Positions 58,566 through 64,000 of a stretch of DNA of 64,000 nucleotides are shown piece after piece. The notes below the pieces were generated by a model. That model was not told the origin of the DNA. It saw nothing but the letters and a program-made list of their open reading frames with translations, and searched no databases. Source of the DNA: an uncultured Akkermansia sp. (GTDB lineage: Bacteria > Verrucomicrobiota > Kiritimatiellia > RFP12 > JAAYNR01); NCBI GenBank assembly GCA_964506575.1, contig CAZDLY010000002.1, positions 64,440-128,439 on the forward strand, written 5' to 3'. Each line of letters starts with the position of its first letter. The stretch's first letter is position 1. Both the position numbers and the translations under genes were made by a program.

Positions 58566-61061
58566 TTAACGCGGCTTGGCAAGCACTGCAAGACTACAGG
58601 CTAAAACCACCAGCAGGCTTGTTCCAAAAGAGAGCATATTCATCCAGCCGGCGAACCGGGTGCGACAGGTGACGGCGTGCCTCCCGGCCGGGACCTGCAG
58701 GGCGCACCAGATACCGTTGGCCTGATGCAGAGGCACTTCTTTGCCGTCAAGGGTGGCGACAAGGTCGGGTGAATAACGCTCATTCCAGATGAGCAGTCCG
58801 GGACGCGGAAGATCGACTTCTGCGCGGCTGACGAAAACACTTTTCGCGCCGCGCATCTGTTTGAACGGGACGCTTTGGGGTGGCTGATCGTCTGGCTTGA
58901 CCGGCGACGCCGCATCGGTGACGTGCAAGGCCTGGCCGGGCTGTATCAGTTGATCAATTTGTCTGTCCGGAGCGACATCGCCTGTCCAGTTGAAGTAGAC
59001 GCACGGAAAAGCGGACTGTTGACGTTCGAGAAGGATGATCGTCTGGGCGGAAGGAGTCGCTGTTTTTCGGACTCCGCCATTGCCGAAGTCGTACATGGCA
59101 ACCGGAACAGCGGCCTTTTGCTTGATGAGCGGTTCGGCCTGCTGGATCTGCAACAAGAGGAAGCGCACCCCCATGACGTCCCAGTGCCGCAGCGGATTAT
59201 TTTGGAAGGCGGAGGCGATCTGATATTCTTTCGTAGTCAAGTCGCCTTCAGTAGGAAGAATGGGGGTGATCCCATGTACATAGAAAGAGGTGTTCAACCA
59301 GTCCTGCAACCAGACATTACGCGTCACGTAGTTCGCCATGTGAGAAACCTGCTTGGCAGTCCTTTGTGATATTTCTCTTGTGACGGCGTTCTCCGCGTGG
59401 AAAGCCTGTAAATTGATCGGATTGACGTATCGCCGGGCGACCGCCGCGAGGTCAAAGACACCCACCAGCACAATGCCCGCGACAACCAACGAGATCCGGG
59501 CCGTGTTTTGCTGTTGCGCTTTCCAAAGATAAAGCAATGCCGACAAGCCGAGCGCCAGTCCGATCGCGCGCAGGCAGTTATAGGAGGTGTATCCGTGCAA
59601 TACGCCGGCGACTTGGCCCAGTCCAAGTGTGCGGATATGCGCTTCCATTCTGGGGCCGCTGACGAGAACAACCCATGCTATCAGGACCAACAAGACGATG
59701 AGACCGACCGAGCCGATCAGCATGCGCTTCTTTGCCTTATCGGAGAAGGGGGATGCCAATAAGGCTTGAAGGCCAAATCCGGCCAACAGCCCGGTCGCCA
59801 ATTCCGTAAAATGCAGGAATTTGACCGGGGCGCGCAGATAATCCATATAGGGGATCGCATAAAAGAGACGGTAGAAAGGGGTGTAGCGCCCTAACGCCAG
59901 AATCAGGCAGATAACCCAGACCACGCACCAGAAGGGGACGTCGGAGTAGACAGAGGGCAGGGATCGGAGGTCGGAGGTCGAAGGTCGGAGAGCGGCTGTG
60001 GGTGAAGGACGATTCTTTCGAAACGACAACCAGGCGAACACGCCGAAGAGTGCGAGCGTGATCGATACCAGACCCAGATAGATCGTATGCTGGCGGTAAT
60101 TGGGCATCATCCTGCCCGGCAGGAACGCGTGGGGTCGTCCCAGAGCACCCCAGTAAGGATAGGGGGGGCGCATGGAGTCATTGCCAAAAAAGCCGGGAAT
60201 GGCCAGTTCGATGCAGTCGGCTGGCGGAAGACTCCAGCCGGTCGCAAAGTCCCACCGCTCTTGCGAGTTTTTCTGGTTGATGTCGGTCTGCGGGCCGTCG
60301 GTTGCGGGACGAGTCGATTCGGCGATCTGTTTGTCACGGCCCGCAAGATGTTGCGTGAATACCGTATGGACGCTTCCGGCGCCAACCAGACCGGCTACCA
60401 GAAGCGTCAGCAAAAACTTCGGCAGGAGTTTCAGGAAAATCGGGCGAACCGACCAAAGCCGCTTCAGCGCGTAACAGGCCAGAATGAGTGCAAAGAGGAG
60501 CCAGACATCGGGTTGACCCGGCTGCGCCCACATCACAACGGCGCCCAACATCGCAAAGTGCCGGAGCTTCCCCTGCTCGATGCACCGGTTGAGCAATCCA
60601 AAGGACCAGAAGAAAATGCCCATGAGAAAGAAAAAGCCCATATGTCCCGCGCAAAATAGCGTGAATATGTACCCTGAAAAGGCCAGCAACAAGCCCGAAC
60701 CATATGCGGCCAGACGTTCAATCCGTAATGTCCTGAAGTAATAGACTCCAGAGAGCCCGAATAAGAACATGGCCACTATGTAACGCGCTTCATGGAATGC
60801 GATGGGAGGCAGGAAATTAACAAGTCCAAAAGGCGTGAACGGGGTCTTGCCTGAAAACCAGGCGTCTAGTAAGACGACCTGATAGTTCTGAAAGTAAAAA
60901 GGCGCATCATCGGGCGATGAAATACAGAGCCAAGGTTTGAAAACGTCGATAAAGACGAAAAGCATGGCGGCAGAAAAGACTGATAAAAAAAACAGGAATG
61001 TTTTGTTTCGTGTCAGCCAGGTGTTATTGCTTTGTTGAGTATGTGATGCTGCGGTATTCAT
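58566..61061 (-). CDS. Large polytopic membrane protein, YfhO-like GT-C glycosyltransferase candidate
   Basis: 831 aa. It has many N-terminal TM helices, a large C-terminal extracytoplasmic domain and a final C-terminal TM. That architecture matches the YfhO family as I recall it. Confidence 0.5.
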   Translation of the reverse strand: MNTAASHTQQSNNTWLTRNKTFLFFLSVFSAAMLFVFIDVFKPWLCISSPDDAPFYFQNYQVVLLDAWFSGKTPFTPFGLVNFLPPIAFHEARYIVAMFLFGLSGVYYFRTLRIERLAAYGSGLLLAFSGYIFTLFCAGHMGFFFLMGIFFWSFGLLNRCIEQGKLRHFAMLGAVVMWAQPGQPDVWLLFALILACYALKRLWSVRPIFLKLLPKFLLTLLVAGLVGAGSVHTVFTQHLAGRDKQIAESTRPATDGPQTDINQKNSQERWDFATGWSLPPADCIELAIPGFFGNDSMRPPYPYWGALGRPHAFLPGRMMPNYRQHTIYLGLVSITLALFGVFAWLSFRKNRPSPTAALRPSTSDLRSLPSVYSDVPFWCVVWVICLILALGRYTPFYRLFYAIPYMDYLRAPVKFLHFTELATGLLAGFGLQALLASPFSDKAKKRMLIGSVGLIVLLVLIAWVVLVSGPRMEAHIRTLGLGQVAGVLHGYTSYNCLRAIGLALGLSALLYLWKAQQQNTARISLVVAGIVLVGVFDLAAVARRYVNPINLQAFHAENAVTREISQRTAKQVSHMANYVTRNVWLQDWLNTSFYVHGITPILPTEGDLTTKEYQIASAFQNNPLRHWDVMGVRFLLLQIQQAEPLIKQKAAVPVAMYDFGNGGVRKTATPSAQTIILLERQQSAFPCVYFNWTGDVAPDRQIDQLIQPGQALHVTDAASPVKPDDQPPQSVPFKQMRGAKSVFVSRAEVDLPRPGLLIWNERYSPDLVATLDGKEVPLHQANGIWCALQVPAGRHAVTCRTRFAGWMNMLSFGTSLLVVLACSLAVLAKPR
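59954..59980. repeat. Heptanucleotide tandem repeat TCGGAGG x4 (one TCGAAGG variant) inside the YfhO-like CDS
   Basis: tcggagg tcggagg tcgaagg tcggag. On the minus strand it encodes …RPSTSDLRSL… in a loop. Confidence 0.8.
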
Positions 61062-61318
61062 GATTTTACCGATAAGGTGGGTATGACCAAACTGATGGTG
61101 ACAGGAGGCCTATCCGGGTTCCACGCGTTTGCCGGTGATAATATACTGCTTTTCATTGAAGATAAAGGCAAATCGTGCGTCCAAAATCCTGCGGGGTCGT
61201 TGAATATCTTGACATTTCAGCTCATCTTAATCACACTTCACCGCACGTATTTCGACGGAGTTGGTTTCCATGGCTGCACATAAGAGGACGTTCTCATCGT
61301 GATCCGCGTCCACAGAGC

Positions 61319-62698
61319 ATGAAGGATATTCTTAAAAAGGCGCGCAAACGGGTCATCCTGAAGCCCCAATGGCTGATCGCCGGTGCTTTTGCCGGAACCA
61401 TTCTGATCGGCACCGTGTTGCTCATGACGCCGTGGGCTTCGGCGACGGGGCAGTGGACGGATGTGCTGACGGCCCTTTTCACCGCGACGAGCGCCTGTTG
61501 CGTGACCGGTCTGGCGGTGGTCGACACGGGCACCCATTTTTCGTTTTTCGGACAGATCGTCGTTCTGTCCCTGATCCAGTTCGGTGGCATCGGCATCATG
61601 ACGCTGGGCACTTTTCTCCTCGTCTTGGTCGGCCGGCGCCTCAGCGTGCAGAACGAATTCGTGCTGATCAACTCATTCGGCATCGAGGATGTCCGCGGCC
61701 TTCCGTCGCTGTTGCGGCGCTCGCTGCTGTTCACCCTGGTCTTTGAAGGCGCGGGCGCGGCCATTCTCGCCTGGCGCTACATGGGGGCTGGCTACGCCAC
61801 CGAACCTGCCGCCTACTACGGGATTTTTCACGCGGTGAGCGCGTACTGCAATGCCGGGTTTGCGCTCCACGGCGATTCACTGATCTCCTTTCAAAGCGAT
61901 CCGATCTATCTGGGCACGATTTGCGCGCTCATCGTATTTGGCGGGCTCGGTTTTCTGGTCATCTATAACCTCAGTTCGTTCAAGTTCTGGCGCCGAAACC
62001 GCAAGACCCGCGGCCGGGTATCCCTCCACACCCGGCTCGTTCTGGTCACCACGGGGTTGCTGCTGCTGATTTCCACCCTCCTGTTTCTGGCCACCGATTG
62101 GAACGGGGCCTTTGCCGGGATGCCGACGGAGACCAAGTTGACCAGCGCCATTTTCAGCGCCGTGACCCCCCGGACGGCGGGGTTTAACGTCGTGCCGATG
62201 GAGTCCTTCTCGGTCGCCGGCCGCTTTTTACACATCCCCCTGATGTTCATCGGCGGAGCGCCGGGGTCGACGGCCGGCGGCATCAAGATCACCGCCCTGG
62301 TCGTCCTCATCCTCACCATTGCGGCGATGCTTCGCGGCCGCCGCGAAACCCATCTGAATGATCGCACCATACCGCTCGCGGTGGTGCGTGAGGCGACCGT
62401 GATTTTCGCGCTGAGCATTTTCGCGGTCTTGTTTTTCTTCAGTCTGCTCCTGCTCACCGAAGCCCCGACCGTCGGCACCGACGTCTCAGACCGTCTGTTG
62501 TTTGAGACCGTCTCGGCCTTCGGCACGGTCGGGCTTTCGCTCGATACGACACCCACGCTGTCATCGGCCGGCCGGCTGGTCATCATTCTGTGCATGTTCA
62601 TCGGCCGGCTCGGGCCGCTGACCGCGGCGCTGGTGATCGGCACCCAGGACGTTGGCCAGCGGATCCGCTACCCCGAGGAAGAGGTCGTCGTCGGCTGA
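61319..62698 (+). CDS. trkH: TrkH/KtrB family potassium uptake membrane protein
   Basis: MKDILKK start, repeated pore-loop GxG-like motifs (TGLAVVDTG, NAGF, RTAGFN, VGLS), polytopic. Confidence 0.9.
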   Translation: MKDILKKARKRVILKPQWLIAGAFAGTILIGTVLLMTPWASATGQWTDVLTALFTATSACCVTGLAVVDTGTHFSFFGQIVVLSLIQFGGIGIMTLGTFLLVLVGRRLSVQNEFVLINSFGIEDVRGLPSLLRRSLLFTLVFEGAGAAILAWRYMGAGYATEPAAYYGIFHAVSAYCNAGFALHGDSLISFQSDPIYLGTICALIVFGGLGFLVIYNLSSFKFWRRNRKTRGRVSLHTRLVLVTTGLLLLISTLLFLATDWNGAFAGMPTETKLTSAIFSAVTPRTAGFNVVPMESFSVAGRFLHIPLMFIGGAPGSTAGGIKITALVVLILTIAAMLRGRRETHLNDRTIPLAVVREATVIFALSIFAVLFFFSLLLLTEAPTVGTDVSDRLLFETVSAFGTVGLSLDTTPTLSSAGRLVIILCMFIGRLGPLTAALVIGTQDVGQRIRYPEEEVVVG

Positions 62699-62731
62699 AC
62701 GGATTATGCAAACACAACGAGGGATACAACC

Positions 62732-63400
62732 ATGAAACGAATCGGCATCATCGGCGCGGGACGCTTCGGACAGTCACTCGCGGGATCGCTTGCTGAGAAG
62801 GGGGCCGAGGTCCTCTTGATTGACCAGAACCGCGAGACGGTTCAGGAGATGTCGGAATATGTGACCAAGGCCGTTCAGGGCGACGCCACCAATCCCCGCG
62901 CGCTGACCGACGCCGGCTTCCAGGATTGCGACACCGTGGTTGTCGCCATCGGCAGCAACGTCGAAGGCAGCATCATGGCCACGGTCAATTGCAAGGAACT
63001 GGGCATCCCCACGGTCGTCGCCAAGGCCGTCTCCGACATGCACGGCAAGGTGCTGAAGCGTGTCGGCGCCGACATCGTGGTTTATCCGAACAAAGACCGC
63101 GCCACCCGTCTGGCCCGCTCGCTGCTCGCCCGCAACCCGATCGACCTGTTCGAAATCGCCGACGGGGTCAGCGTCGCCGAGGTCGCGGCACCCGATTTTC
63201 TGGTCGACAAGACCCTGGCCGAGGCCACCGTGCGCCAGAAATACGGCGTCACCGTGCTGGCCATCCGCCGCCTGGCGGAGGACCCCCGGCTTCCGCGCCA
63301 GCTCCTCATCGCCAACGGCGACGAGAAGATCCAGCGTGAAGACCGCCTGCTCGTATTCGGAGCCGACAAGAAGATCGACGATCTGGCTCACGATAACTGA
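62732..63400 (+). CDS. trkA: TrkA/KtrA-type RCK protein (NAD-binding TrkA-N + TrkA-C)
   Basis: IGIIGAGRFGQSLA Rossmann motif and a C-terminal TrkA-C-like domain. 222 aa. Confidence 0.9.
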   Translation: MKRIGIIGAGRFGQSLAGSLAEKGAEVLLIDQNRETVQEMSEYVTKAVQGDATNPRALTDAGFQDCDTVVVAIGSNVEGSIMATVNCKELGIPTVVAKAVSDMHGKVLKRVGADIVVYPNKDRATRLARSLLARNPIDLFEIADGVSVAEVAAPDFLVDKTLAEATVRQKYGVTVLAIRRLAEDPRLPRQLLIANGDEKIQREDRLLVFGADKKIDDLAHDN

Positions 63401-63426
63401 GAACTAACCCCGCGAAAGTTCCTCCC

Positions 63427-63972
63427 ATGCTCACACCCTTCCACTGGTCTCTCATTCTGGGTACGCTTCTAACCGTCCCGGGGCTCTTCCTGCTGGTTGG
63501 CGGCCGCCACGCCACCGCCGCCCTGCAACACTTTCCCCGCAGCGTCTGGGCGGGCCGCCTGCTGGCCGTGCTGGCCTGGACGGGCGCGGGCTGGGCGGCG
63601 TGGGCCATGCCGCTCAGCTTCCTCGATCCGTTCAAGCGCTTTCTGCCGCTGGTGGTTCTGGTCTGCATCCCGCTGAGCTGGTATTGGCTGGACGACCTGC
63701 TCGCCTGTCGCGCCTGGGGCGGCATCCTGATGCTCTTTCCAGCGCCTCTGCTGCTGGTCTGCCGCTCGCACCCGTCGTCCTGGCGTCTGGTGCTGGTCGT
63801 CCTCGCCTATCTGGCGCTCATCAAGGGAATGATCTTCATGCTCTACCCGTGGTACGTGCGGAGGGCCTGCCACGCCGCCGCGCGTTCGCCGGCGCTCCGT
63901 CTGACCGGCGGAGTCCTCTCGCTGCTGATCGGCGCGGGCCTTTTCGCGACCGGCTTTCTCGCGCTCCGGTAA
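63427..63972 (+). CDS. Hypothetical small membrane protein
   Basis: 181 aa with 4-5 hydrophobic helices. No family was recognised. Confidence 0.45.
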   Translation: MLTPFHWSLILGTLLTVPGLFLLVGGRHATAALQHFPRSVWAGRLLAVLAWTGAGWAAWAMPLSFLDPFKRFLPLVVLVCIPLSWYWLDDLLACRAWGGILMLFPAPLLLVCRSHPSSWRLVLVVLAYLALIKGMIFMLYPWYVRRACHAAARSPALRLTGGVLSLLIGAGLFATGFLALR

Positions 63973-64000
63973 ACGACGCCCGGGGGGGGGCGATCCTAAA

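Larger units (their letters stand above)
39628..61318. other. Mosaic lower-GC genomic island: glycan synthesis and methylation
   Basis: GC drops abruptly by eye at about 39.63 kb and returns at about 61.3 kb. Codon usage shifts to A/T-ending codons. The cargo is glycosyltransferases, methyltransferases and a flippase. No integrase, tRNA or flanking direct repeat was seen. Confidence 0.6.

Noticed and set aside
61062-61318. Possible c-di-AMP (ydaO-type) or other riboswitch in the 257-nt region upstream of trkH.
   Set aside because: K+ transporter leaders often carry such elements. Here I could only see scattered AAUC and GCGGGG fragments. The paired pseudo-symmetric conserved cores are missing. 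An Rfam/Infernal scan would be decisive.
39628-61318. Calling the lower-GC island a mobile element or integrative element.
   Set aside because: No integrase, transposase, tRNA attachment site or flanking direct repeats are visible. Only compositional evidence exists, so it is reported as a genomic island and not as a mobile element.
63982-63990. G9 homopolymer after the last gene.
   Set aside because: It is at the very edge of the window with no downstream context. It could form a short CGCCC/GGGCG hairpin, but no U-tract follows, so there is too little to interpret.

Overview
This is a high-GC (about 65-70% by eye) bacterial chromosomal segment. Its gene content resembles the PVC superphylum (Verrucomicrobia, Kiritimatiellae, Lentisphaerae), but that placement is only a guess. 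No rRNA, tRNA, CRISPR array, integrase or transposase was seen.

Gene order from left to right:
- 1-11.1 kb: housekeeping genes. These are a 5'-truncated GspE/PilB secretion ATPase, trxB, queA, a Gfo/Idh/MocA oxidoreductase, trmB, a membrane/TPR protein, nadB, argC and an orphan parB.
- 11.4-14.9 kb: an NtrC-type two-component system. It is transcribed divergently from a membrane-anchored alpha-crystallin (Hsp20-like) gene. The shared intergenic region holds back-to-back sigma-54 (-24/-12) promoter matches and a cluster of GACA/TGTC half-sites.
- 14.9-29.4 kb: a third sigma-54 promoter match precedes 11 tightly packed same-strand genes. They join a GldA/F/G-type ABC-2 exporter and a DUF4340 protein to a MoxR-DUF58-DUF4381-BatA-BatB/C-BatD-BatD/E (Bacteroides aerotolerance-like) cluster.
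- 29.5-38.4 kb: suhB, an unusual fusion of a UPF0158-like domain to a Vat-type acetyltransferase, then rnfABCDG with no rnfE. A lipoprotein and a 625-aa secreted protein sit where rnfE would be expected.
- 39.6-61.3 kb: a mosaic lower-GC island of about 21.7 kb. It opens with an AAA ATPase carrying a DUF234 PD-(D/E)xK-like tail. It then encodes 9 soluble glycosyltransferases, 5-6 SAM methyltransferases, a Wzx-like flippase and 2 large GT-C-like membrane proteins, arranged in four blocks of alternating orientation.
- 61.3-64 kb: trkH, trkA and a small membrane protein.

The most interesting candidates are:
1. The sigma-54 two-component / membrane sHSP / ABC-Bat supercluster.
2. The methylation-heavy glycan island, which has no priming, polymerase or sugar-nucleotide genes.
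3. The rnf cluster without rnfE.
4. The ATPase-nuclease gene at the island edge.

All family assignments come from reading motifs in the translated ORFs. No database search was run.
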